NCBI RefSeq assembly: GCF_001194135.2
Contig: NC_068986.1
Coordinates: 26,163,742 to 26,216,499, forward strand
Direction: 5' to 3'
DNA: 52,758 bases
Origin: Octopus bimaculoides
Lineage: Eukaryota
Shown in pieces: positions 13,518-25,400 of this stretch (positions are counted from its first letter, which is position 1; the number at the start of each line of letters is the position of its first letter). The notes beneath the pieces are model-generated. The model ran no database searches. It was not told the origin of the DNA and saw nothing but the letters and a program-made list of their open reading frames with translations. Both the position numbers and the translations under genes were made by a program.

Positions 13518-15950
13518 AGTGTAAATAATGTAAATTGACATTGTACTTAAACAAAAAGTTATAATAAAATAATGTTCTAAAACTACAATATATGAAATAC
13601 ATAAAATCATCGAGATCAAAGTGAATAGAAAAGCAAAACAAACAAAAAAAATAAAGCTAAAATACATCACAATGAATTTTAGGAAAATGATGAGACTGGT
13701 GCCATATGAATGCTGAAATTATGCTAATTAAAGGCTGTTTAAACAAAGTGCATGATTTTGACGCTGAGATAATGATGTGAAGACATTTTTGTGCCAATAA
13801 ATAAATAAATAAATAAATAGAACATGATGATATTCCAGAGTTTTGAACAAATAAATAAAATTAGTTTTGCTGAAAAATTTCAAATGTGAATATATGCATG
13901 CAAAATGATATAAAGACTACACATATTTAGTGAACAGATAATGCTGACAAAAGAAAACAGTAAAGAAGACACTTCAAAATTTGACACATTCTTACTATAT
14001 AAAACATTCTCACATATAAAAAGAAATTGAAATACTATCTAAATGAAAATTAAGGACAACAGGCCTTATAGACAGATAAGATAAAAGACTAGTAGCCAAT
14101 TCTTTAATCATACTGCAACATCAAATCTTGGTAATAGTTTACAAAATTTATTACTTAAAAGTTAAAAAGTATCAAGTAAAAGTGAAGAAAATACTATAAA
14201 AATGCATTTATTATTTTAGGCTAAATATATTTCCTTTTTTTAGACAGAAAAAATGTATGTATGTGAATGGATGGGCAAATATACATACATATGAGAGGAC
14301 ACATCGATTGTGCCTCTTGCAACAGGAAAGATACAACGTACATCAACAACAACTGCCTCAAAATGTCACACTACCTTTTCATGAGACATGACATTGTAGC
14401 CAAAAATATTTACAATGCTATTAGATGAAGGATTGTCTTGATGCTCATACAAAAAGCACAGCAGACCCATGAATCCACACCTTTAAAAATAAGGAATACT
14501 GTGGAGCAATCCAATAAAAACAACAAACTTAATGCAAAAACAACAGACCTCACACTGTTTCAGGGGACAGGGAACAACTATCATAATTTATTATAAGTTA
14601 GTTGCCCATAGAGATCAATGTCTCATCTAAAGTTGTAGAAAAGATCATCGATGGGGAACTGATGCAGAACTTACAACTTTTGTATCCTGGATCTAAATGT
14701 CTTCCTGTACTTATTATCATAGATGCATTGGATAATTAAACAACAGATTTGCATTAGAAAATAGAAGCCCAAAAGTGCTAGAACAAAGCAAACTCACTCA
14801 CACCCTTCAAATCCAATTAATTAGTGGATACAGTGAAGATTTGCAAAACATTCTAAAGATTCTTCATTTAAATTTCTTGGAATAAACATATATACACGAT
14901 CTTATATGTACATATAGTAAATACACATACACACACACACATTATCCAGATATACACACACATATATGCATTTATTAACTCATACTCATATTCACAAATT
15001 GCAGGATGTATCACGACTCAAACAAAGAATCCTTGTCACTTTTCTAGTAACTGACTTCAATTCTGCACAGAAAAATATACATAGATACACACAAGTTAGT
15101 ATGTATACATAATACATATACACGTGATCACTTAGCTGGTGCTTTCTAAAATACAATGGAAGAACCATATTTCTGGGTTAAATTTGAATTATGAAAGTTT
15201 CCATTTTGAAAGTTATGATAACCAGATGAAACTTCAGTTACTCTAGTCATGCTTACAGATGTATAAACAGATATGAGTTTGACAGAAAAGAAAAAGTAAC
15301 TTTCCTTCACTAAAGTTGCCATAGAAATACTTTTTACATGACCCTAAATATTTCACTTATTTAGCAAAATAAAATCTTTTAGTGTATTGAGGAAATACAT
15401 ATTAAAATGGTAATTTCAGAAGAGTGCAGTATGTTTACAACAAGTATAAAACAACTGATTTCTTGCATAAACACAACTTCTGATTTATGCATAAGTAAAT
15501 AAAGGTACAAAATTTTAATTCAGAATCTAAACAAAGAGGAGAGAATGCATCTTATGTTCCAAACAACTATACAAGTATAAAGTGATGGAAAATTAAAACC
15601 AGGAATGGAATGTTTCTTTCAAGCATTTTTAAGCTGACCTTAAAATTGACAAACAACTAATTAAGGCTAAATGAAAATTCAACAGAAATAATATTTCACA
15701 CATACACAACAAATAATTCAAAGACTCAAATGAAATGATTCTAAATGATAAGAATATCTTCCTTTTTTTTTTTTTCCTGTCCAGAATCAATTTAAAAGCA
15801 AATTAAGATTTTCAAAATATATTGGAAGACTTAAAAGTAGTGTTTATATTATAGTACAATAAAAATTGAAGGTAGGAGGATTCCAACAAGGTAATGCTAA
15901 GTTATCAGTTACAATGCAAATATATTTGAATTTTTTCTTTTTGTATTTTT

Positions 15951-15960
15951 NNNNNNNNNN
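15951..15960. other. Assembly gap (10 N) with a 54-bp duplicated flank
   Basis: 15897-15950 is repeated at 15961-16014. Confidence 0.95.
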
Positions 15961-16237
15961 CTAAGTTATCAGTTACAATGCAAATATATTTGAATTTTTT
16001 CTTTTTGTATTTTTATTAATTATATTAAAATAAATGTTAACTGTATTCTCCAAAAAAAAAAAAAGAAAAAAAAAAGGAAGATTCTTCTACATCCAAATGG
16101 CTTTAAATGAAAAATATTGCTTTCTTAAATTACAGTGAGTAAAGAAATAAATAGCAAGTAGAAACTAAATATATGGGTGAGATGTTTTACAACTATTGTA
16201 CAGACAATATCAAAAAGGGAAGAATGAGATAACTCAC

Positions 16238-16243
16238 CGAAGC
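16238..16243 (-). CDS. Candidate 6-nt microexon (Ala-Ser) in the intron after the first PTB exon
   Basis: Long pyrimidine tract catttcctccttttctccctcacttctttcatattacatttttag|GCTTCG|gtgagt. Phase 0-0. Confidence 0.5.
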
Positions 16244-16469
16244 CTAAAAATGTAATATGAAAGAAGTGAGGGAGAAAAGGAGGAAATGTTAAAATGCATT
16301 AAATTAAAAAGAGTTCATCAGGATAAATAAAACTTAAATATATACACACATAGCACAAGATTGCATCTAATTCACACTCACTCTCTCACACATAAACATA
16401 TATATATACATTTTAGCATGCAGGTAAGAGTCCACCAGGGCTCGGTTTTCATTCCTTTCTATTTATCAT

Positions 16470-16882
16470 AATCCTCCAAGCTACAGCAGAGGAGTCAGAA
16501 ACCGGTTGTTCATAGGAACTCCTGTGTGCTATTGACCTAGTTCTCATAGCTTGAATCTGTAGCAGAATTAGAGAAGAAATTCCAGACATGGAGGCAAAAC
16601 CTGGAATTGTGGCCTCAAACTTAGCAAAGATTAACATATTAGTAAGAAAGAAGACAGGACTCTGCTACCATCAGGGAAATGGCCCTACTTGATATGCAGA
16701 AATGGACATGATAGGAATTCCATGAAGTATAAACTATGAACTCACAAGAAGTATAGTAGAATCACAGGTACAATAATAGAGAAGGTAGACTTTGTAATAC
16801 AGCAGATGTGCAGGAGCATTAAACACAATGAGCACACAGAAAATTAATTCTCTCAAATACCAAGAAAGCTCTCTAGAGGTAG
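16470..16882 (+). mobile_element. Decayed RTE-type LINE fragment (RT C-terminal part)
   Basis: Translates with stops and frameshifts to ELLCAIDLVLIA-ESVAELEKKFQTWRQNLE (degenerate YADD region) and ...SRCAGALNTMSTQKINSLKYQESSLEV. Confidence 0.75.
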
Positions 16883-17594
16883 ATCTACTAGGATCTCCTG
16901 GCACTTTTTTACCCATCTTTTATCATCCAAACTACATGTCCATACTCATTTGGTCCCCATTATTGCACAGTATGACTGATTGCTCTTATACTTAGTTTTC
17001 CTCTGAGCTTGTCTATACCATACCATCCATCATCATTTAATGTTCTCTTTCCATTCTGGCATGGGTTGGACAGTTTGGCAGTGACTAGCAAGCCAGAAGA
17101 CTGCACCAAACTGTCTGCTTTGGCATGGTTTCTAGGGTTGGATGCCCTTCCAAATGCCAACCACTTCACAGAGTGTACTGAACATTTTTTATATGGCCCC
17201 AGCAGCAGCAGCAAGATCACTGAGTAACTAGCAAGACCAGACCCCTCAACTGGCAGTGTGCAAGGTGCTGAGGGGTTAGAATACGAACAGAAGGTTAGAT
17301 ATAGGTATCTTAACATTATTCAGCCAGTAGAGTATACTTGCTTCATTTCTGTCCAAACTTGCACATCCTCTGTACTAAGTCCTCATTACTCCTTACAATG
17401 CAGCATCGCACTTTGTACACAAGCTCCATACAATCTACCCTTCACCAAAAACAAGACTTCTCTTGTCACCAGCAATAATAATAATAGCTTCCTGAACTTT
17501 TTCTACTCTGTTCTTACTCTAGCTACTATGCTTGCTGAGCATCCTCTTTCACTGCTAATTAGGTTACCAATATAGCAGAAGCTATTGACTACCT
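16883..17594 (-). mobile_element. Inverted continuation of the same RTE LINE, interrupted by a short LINE-tail-like repeat (~17020-17300)
   Basis: Minus strand reads VVNSFCYIGNLISSERGCSASIVARVRT, then KGRLYGACVQSAMLH, and later DKLRGKLSIRAISHTVQ. These are typical RTE post-RT segments. Confidence 0.7.
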
Positions 17595-19054
17595 TTATAG
17601 AGTTTCCTAGCATTGAAATGAATTTATCTTGCTACATAGATACATGAATATATATAAATCTAAAATAATGATAATTCTTTTCTTGAAAATCACTAAATGT
17701 ATTGAAAAATTTTTGGACTTCTGAAGCATAAGTATAATCAGTCCTGATATGAAGGTAATCTTCAAAGTGTGACTACAAGCTTAAATCTATATCTTTTCAT
17801 AATTATATTTCAAATATAGTTAATGATGATAACAATGATGATAAATTTCTTCAGTAAAATCATAAGAACACATACTGATGAGGTAAAATCACATAAAACA
17901 TGATAATGAAATATAACATATATGAACTTTTTTTATTAAGTGGCATACATTAGAGAAGTCTGCAACAAACAGATGAACGTTTAATGTGCAAATAGTTTGT
18001 TGGAAGAGATTTTATTGTTACCATAAGAGGTTTAGTTAATTATGTAAACTTTTATAAGGTGAAATTCATTCTTTATTATTTCTGTATATAAAATAATCTG
18101 CACATTTTTCAGTAATGAAGTAATCTATTTACTTATTTATTTCATACAGAATTAATTAAATTGCATAAAAAGCTAAAAAAAACCCAAAAAACAAAAGCAA
18201 AAAACTAATGATATGGTAAATGATCAATGAAGCCAGTGTTGTTAATATACCTGTTACAAACCAAAAATTATTCCTGAAAGCAAATATTACTTGTAAATGC
18301 TGTCATACTTCACTCACTCACTCGCACGCACACACACAACCCTTTTAAGAAAGGAAAATCTCAAAATTATACTATAATATATTTCTAAATGGGTTTTTTC
18401 TAAAAAATACATTTATATTAAAAATTATACATTTTAGATGCTATCAAAATAATGCATATGCCATAATGTCAGTAAATATCAAGAAAGCTGGATAATAACA
18501 ATTTCAATTCATTTAAACTAAAAGTAGTAAATACATTGTGAAATGGTTAACTGGTTATGATACCAATATACAAATACAAGAATTATCAATTCCAAGTTGA
18601 AACTAGAATGCATTTGTATTTTACAATAGTGTTTGTTAATAGAATACCTGTGAAATAAAACAAAAATATGAACTAAAGGAAATAACTGCAGTGGAACAAT
18701 GGCATGGATTTGCATATATTTGCTAAAAGTTATATTTTGAATGATGCAGCAAAAACTGTTTACCATTTTGCCTTTTAGTTGGAGAAAAAGTAAAAAGCCA
18801 AAAGTAATTCTCAGCAGAGCTCAAAGGGAGGGGAGATAATTTAAAGAAATTTATCTCGTTTCAGTCACTGAGTACGGACTAGATAGGGTTTGGGCAAAAC
18901 AAATCAACCCCAGTACTTATCTATTAAGTCTAGTACTCATTCTATCAGTATCTTCTACCAAACCACTAAGTTACGGGAATATAAAAAATCCAATACTGGT
19001 TGTCAGGAGATGGCAGGGGCCAAACATAAAGATACACACACACAATTATATATA

Positions 19055-19375
19055 TCATCATCATTGTTTAATGTCCGTCTTCCATGTATGCATGCATGAG
19101 CAGGACGGCTCACAGGAGTTGGCCAGGAAGAAAAACTACCCTATACCACTGTGTCTGTTTTGACAGGGCCTTTATGGCTGGATGCCCTTCCTAACACCAA
19201 CCATTTTTCAGAGTGGACTCAGTGCTTTTTATGTGGTACTAGCACAGGTAAGGTTAGTTTTTGCATGATTTTTACAGCTGGATGCCCTTCCAAATAACAA
19301 CCACTTTACAGTGTGGACTGCATGCTTTTTATGTGGCACCAGCACTGGCAGGGTTGCCAAGTAGTTTGCAAGACA
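19055..19375 (-). repeat. Same LINE-tail-like family, with an internal tandem duplication of the ctggatgcccttcc...accat/accac...agtggact unit
   Basis: The motif occurs at ~19178 and ~19277. It is followed by a GA-rich degenerate repeat body running to ~19900. Confidence 0.7.
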
Positions 19376-19965
19376 AGGAATTATGAGAGAGGCAGGGGCA
19401 TTTGAGGAGGGGAACTCATGTCAGAGGGTGACAGAGACAGAGAGCAGAAATGAGGTGTCTTGCTATAACGGAGGGGGCATTGGAGGAGATGATCCAGTAT
19501 CAGACGATGAAAGGTTAGAGTGTGACAGAGAAATAGGTGTCTTGCTATAGAGGAGGTACATGGTTACCCATTGAGAGAAAGAGGGAGAGATAGAAAGAGA
19601 GTGACCAAGAATGAGGGCAGAAATAGATGTGCTGCTAGAGAGGAGATATGTGGCTACCCAGCCAGAGGGAAGAGCAAGGGAAAGAAAGAGAGAGAGAGAG
19701 AGAGAGAGAGTAGGAACCAACAAAAATGTAAGAGAGGGAAATGAAGTGCCAGGGTAAACTCACAAGTAACAAGGATCAGAGCATAAATGTGATGGTAAAG
19801 AAAAGGGAAGTACGAAGGTAGTAATATACACAGTCAGGTGTTGCCAAGAAGGCACCAGTAGGGAGTGGGGATTGCAGTGACTGGCGAAAACCTGGGTAGA
19901 GGGCAGGAAAGGGGATATGAAGAGGAAATGTATATAATACACACACATACACATAATAGGCTTCT

Positions 19966-20100
19966 TTTCACTTTCCATCTACCAAATCTATTTACAAGGC
20001 TTTGGTCAGTCTGAGGTTATAGTAGAAGATACTTGTCCAAGATACCACACAGTGGGAATGAACATGAAACGATGAGGTATGGAAGCAAACTTCTTACACA
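19966..20100 (-). mobile_element. tRNA-derived SINE head, diverged copy
   Basis: ttccatctaccaaatc...aaggctttggtcagtctgaggttatagtagaagatacttg matches the copy at 46580-46660. Confidence 0.7.
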
Positions 20101-20396
20101 GCATGCTTGAGAATTTCGGATTTGTCAGTAAACAAAGAGATGGTAATGGGTATTGTAGGCTAACAAAGACTGGATTTTGCCGAGAGCATGTAAAGTATTG
20201 CATTCGTGAAATTTATATCCAATTTCTTAAAATTAAATCTCCTCTGAGGAAGTTGCTTACAATAACCGCTGATCTTTCTTTTCTTTCTCCTACTAAAAAG
20301 TAAATCTACCGTAATTCATACTATTGGCCCAAATGAGTCATTTCCCTTGGCTCATATTTTGTAATTATGCAAGCTCACTGGTTAAAACTTTTTTTT

Positions 20397-20573
20397 NNNN
20401 NNNNNNNNNNNNNNNNNNNNNNNNNNNNNNNNNNNNNNNNNNNNNNNNNNNNNNNNNNNNNNNNNNNNNNNNNNNNNNNNNNNNNNNNNNNNNNNNNNNN
20501 NNNNNNNNNNNNNNNNNNNNNNNNNNNNNNNNNNNNNNNNNNNNNNNNNNNNNNNNNNNNNNNNNNNNNNNNN
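20397..20573. other. Assembly gap
   Basis: N run. Confidence 0.99.
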
Positions 20574-20740
20574 GAAAATAAATTTCATGGTTATTCCTGT
20601 AAGACTTAAATATCTACCAAAACATTCAAGTTGGTATTTTCTGCAAGTCGTGTTACCTCAATGAACTTGACATATGAAAAACAAAAAAAAGTTCCAACAG
20701 AAGAGAGACTGGTATAGGGCTTTCCTATAAGTAGGTTATC

Positions 20741-21105
20741 TCCCTTGGCTAGGCGGCGCTCCATGTAGGCTAGATACTTCACCAAGAGGAGATATAAGCT
20801 TCTGCTTATTCCTGTCTGAAGTATCGCACGATACTTCAGACTTATCGTCCGATTAATTTACTTTGTTGACATTCTTTATCGACAGAATTTTTATACCTTT
20901 CAACCTTTCAGTAAAGTCCGCCTTTCTTCCAGTAACATACTGTCCATATAATCTTAAATATTTCTTTAATTCAGGCACAGTAAGTACTTCGATAGCTGAA
21001 TCATCGACCTGCTTTATAACCATGATAAGACGTAAAACAATAACAATAGCGTGGATAGTCTGCGGAAGTTTAATTGTCTACATGGAGCGCCGCCTAGCCA
21101 AGGGA
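20741..21105 (-). mobile_element. Putative non-autonomous DNA-transposon derivative with 28-bp inverted repeats and a SAP-domain ORF
   Basis: TCCCTTGGCTAGGCGGCGCTCCATGTAG (20741-20768) is perfectly inverted at 21078-21105. About 15 CpGs in 365 bp against a CpG-poor background. No target-site duplication was recognised. Confidence 0.7.
20853..21023 (-). CDS. 56-aa ORF with a SAP-like domain (MVIKQVDDSAIEVLTVPELKKYLRLYGQYVTGRKADFTERLKGIKILSIKNVNKVN); probably a truncated remnant
   Basis: Manual translation. LTVxELKxxLRxxGxxxxGxKxDxxxRL matches the SAP consensus pattern. It is shorter than any ORF in the supplied track. Confidence 0.6.
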   Translation of the reverse strand: MVIKQVDDSAIEVLTVPELKKYLRLYGQYVTGRKADFTERLKGIKILSIKNVNKVN

Positions 21106-22257
21106 ACCACTTTCTGTAATTAAGGGTAATGACATTTTGAGTGTGTATTTCTGATTTCTGGGGTGAATAAATATTTTTTGTGAAATTCTCAACTTTTTTC
21201 ACTGAGATTCACTTACAACTGCAACTAGGTTTTTGTTGTCTTTCTCCAATTACAATGCAAATTTTAAATATGAAAATTCTTCTAATCAAAACAAAATTTC
21301 ACTTACACCATATATGAGAACAATAAGAGAAGCACTTCACTTTACTCCTTTATTATTTTTTTTACATAGCAATGCAGTGCACTCGCACACTCTGAATATA
21401 TTGAAACACGTAGAAAATATTTGGAGTTAACCCAGAATTGCTTTACACAACGAAGGGAAACAACTCGGTCATCTAGCTTTGACGATTACCGGAATACCTT
21501 TTGTAGACACTATTTTACAAAAAGTATTTCTCTTTGTCAAATCCCATTTAATGCTTAAAGCTTCTGCAAGTCTTAAAAACAGTATATTTTCAGCAAAATA
21601 ATATATGGAACTAATAATAATGTATGTATGAATAATATATGGATCTAACCCCCAAATTCTGTCATCCTGATTCAAAATACTCTTGTAGGACAGCCTTTCA
21701 TTTATACCTTATCATAATATAATGAAATAGAGGATGTCTTAAAAAGGCAACAATGGGAATAAAGTTTCAGACTAGCTCTTCATTCAAAGTAATCCCATAC
21801 AGTATTGGTATTGGTCATATGACTGATGTATGAACAATATATACACCTATATTAGGTCATGTTCAACAATGAATATACAGCAGCAGGATAGTTGAAATAC
21901 TAAAATTTAATTACTTAAAAGAATCACAAGATATTCCAAAGCCTGTCAAACACTGTTAAAATAGGAAATCAGGAAGTACTACATCAGGTAAGTAATAAAA
22001 AGTATGTCTTGAATAAGTCCCACACCTTCAATCCTATTGATATTCATTTATTAAATAACCTTGTTTATAATTACAGAGTAATGTATTTATTCCTGGAGCA
22101 AAAAAATAATATAGCACCTATAAAGGTCATTTGTGTGTGTGTGTGTAAAATACTTGGACACCATTTTCTAGTGAATTTAAAATCCAAATAAAATAGAAAA
22201 ATAATATGTAAATGAAATAACTTTTAACATGAAAGAAATTATGTCAAGTATCTTCAC

Positions 22258-22409
22258 CTTAATTCGTCCAACAGCTTCTTGTGCTTGTATCATTCTCATT
22301 GGTTTTGATGGTTGCCCTTCAGATATTAATTGTGTAGAACCAAGGTAACGTGCTCGAAATAACACACCTTCTATCAATACTGCAGGATTGTCCGGATCAT
22401 TTATGCAAA
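22258..22409 (-). CDS. APBA1: APBA/X11 exon, first part of PTB domain (V)CINDPDNPAVLIEGVLFRARYLGSTQLISEGQPSKPMRMIQAQEAVGRIK
   Basis: Acceptor ttttatttggcag|TT and donor AAG|gtgaag. 152 nt, phase 1 to 0. Closely resembles the lin-10/X11 PTB motifs YLGSTQL and QAQEAVxRIK. Confidence 0.95.
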
Positions 22410-25400
22410 CTGCCAAATAAAATAAGAGTTTACAATCATTATGATACATTATTCATGTAAAATTCATGTACTTGCTGCTTATTTACAATAAGCAACAAAA
22501 TACACTGCAAATTAAAAAAAAAGAAAATATACAACAATCCCAAACTGATATCAAAACTAAAAAAAAGCAAAGACCAATTCACTGAAATAAATTATCACAA
22601 TAAAATAGAAAAAAGTAACTGTCTAATCTCTAAAAATAATCAAATTTTTGTAAGGAATTAAAAAAAAAAAAAATTTTTTTAAATCAAAATCTGGTTGAAA
22701 GTTTCAAACCATTCTGAAAAATCTGGATCTAAAATTATAACATTTTCAAATCTGATAGACTATTTACCATCTGTTGAATGAAGAAAACATTTTATAGAAA
22801 TAAAATAACATATATATATACACACACACATTAAAAATAAATAATATATACACTAAAAACAAAAGAAAGTAAAGAAAATTAACTTACAAATCTTAATTAT
22901 AATATTTATATACCCAAATGTCAAAGAAAAAAGAATGGAGTATGTAAAACCAAAAAGAAAACAAATAGAAAATGAAACAAAACCCCATCTTGTAAGCTTC
23001 AATAAAAACCATATAACCTTTTACCCCTTAAATCAGGACTTTTATTGTATCAGATAGAAAATTGTTAATCCTTTGGATCAATTTCTATAACTTAATATAC
23101 AATTATGAAACTTTATTGACTTATGAAAAAAAAAGAAAAGCAAAGAAAATATAAACTAGATAGTATTATATTGTATGTTTTACTACCAGAAATCTCATCC
23201 ATATGATAGGATAAATGATAAGTCATATATTCAAAATAATTTGTTATTAAATTAAAAGAGAATATTTAAATACAGTTCACTAACACAAACTGAACATCAA
23301 TTAAATAACACAAACAATAAAAATGATGTTATTAAACTAAACCTTTTCATTACTTCACTCATATTTCAAGTGCAAAAAGAAAAAAAATCTTATAAATGGA
23401 AATGTTTTTTTTTTCTTTTAAGGAATTAGAGGACTGGAAATATTTATGACCTTTTTGCAGCACCCACAAGACTAATGGGAGAAACGTGGGGGCAGAGAGC
23501 ATGACTTGTGGCTCATTACAGTAGGGAGTAGCAATTAGATCGTTTTGCAATTAAGATATGATTCTGAAACAAGATAGTGTTAAAAAAAATAACAAACAAC
23601 AATCATACAAATAATGTTTAGGAACAAGGTGATTGAATTTATTTATTTCATATTCATACGACTGCTATTTATGTTAAAGGTTAAATTAGGAAAAAAAAAA
23701 TTGAAATAACTATATCACTTGGCGTAATTAATTCACTATATATTAATAATGAAGCACTAAGTCTAAATGTTATAAACACTGAATTAATACATTGCCATCA
23801 CTTATATAGTTTTATTGTAAATATATCATTTGGTAAAAATAATGTCCTAAGAATCCTGGAATTTTCAACATGAAAGAAAACACTGTATAAACAGCTGAAT
23901 ATCTAAAACTCTATACTTTAACAAAGTTTTGCAACTAAACAGAACTTTCATATCATTCTTAAATAATGGTACACTATTTAATTTCAGTTATTAAATGGAA
24001 GATAGGCGGTTCTATGGATATGGAGTTCACTCCATAACCATGTGGTTTGGGGTTCAATCTCTCAGCATGACACCCTGAGCAAATGTCTTCCACTATAGTC
24101 TAAGACTGACCATACGCCTTATATGGAGACTGTATGGAAACCTACTGCATAAAATGTCTATGAGCATGTGCTTGCAAATGTTGATATTTCATGGCCTCAT
24201 TATCATAGCCTGAGCAAAAAGGTGATGTTTACATTCTCTACTGATAACAGCATATTGGTCTGTAATTTCAAATCAAGATCCCTCATTGGAAGCATGTAAG
24301 GATTAGTAACAGAAATGTCATCCAGCTACAAAATTATGTCTCAATTAAGTCTCCATCCAACCTATGCTAGCATGGAAAAACATGTAAAGCAAGAGATATG
24401 TATTTAGGTGTGTATGTATACAGACACACACATACACACACTCTTGTATCTATATATAAATACTCTCAGAGAGTAATTCATGAAGCATAAATCAATTCCA
24501 CTAGCACCAATGGAAGCACTGAAAACAAAAATATAATGGAATGCCTGAAGGAAGTCTTAAGCAACAAAGACTCTGAAGAGGTAGACCAAAATAAATAAAT
24601 AAAAGTATATCAAGCAAAGAGCTAAAGAGATTTATTTTTCCTAAATTGTGAACCCACATTGTGAGAATACATTATTTTATCTTAAATGATGCTGAGTAAG
24701 GTGCAAAGTATTTTTTCTAATAATATGTAGCAATGATTTAGACTGTCCAGAAAAACAGATTACAGCAATCTTCTTGAATAATTTCTTAGAAAAAACTGAA
24801 TAATTCAAAAACTTTCTACTTCTTCAATAACAGAAGATCCTGATGACTCTCTTACAGAAAAAAAGTGCTTCTCCAAAGAAATTTACAAGAGATTACTTTT
24901 CTTCTCAATAATTTCCTTTTATGCTACCATCTTGCTGTCTTTTATCTTAGCTAGAAAGCCTGTCAGAAAGTGTGGGTGTGTTTTCAATTACTAATCTATA
25001 ATTATTTATTCTTAAAATCTTTAATTTGCTATTTTAAATTTGAGTGAACAAGTGTATGCGCATGTGTAGATGTATGAAGCCCGAAAATCGTGTTGGATTA
25101 TTTCCCTTTAATGATATGTGCCAAACCAACAATAAACAAAATGATCACATGGATTGAAATTGCTCATGAATTTAATTGATATGAATGATGTTGCTGATGA
25201 CAGATATGGTAATGATATTAGTGATTAATTTCATGCAACTATCTAATTCATGTAGGGAAGCATATCCACAGAGAGATCAACTTTCAACAGTCATAATACA
25301 TTGTTCTCACTTTTTCTTTCTATTACACAATCTTTCATATCTATGTTTAACATTCACAATGACAAAATTACATCTTGAACAGGTTTCTTTTTTTTTTTTG

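Noticed and set aside
14675-14692. 18-nt candidate exon IQDTKV with a GTAAGT donor
   Set aside because: The acceptor lacks a pyrimidine tract.
15897-16014. 54-bp direct repeat around a 10-N gap
   Set aside because: Typical unmerged contig overlap, so an assembly artefact rather than a biological duplication.
20324-20609. ORFs spanning the 20397-20573 gap
   Set aside because: Composed mostly of X residues.
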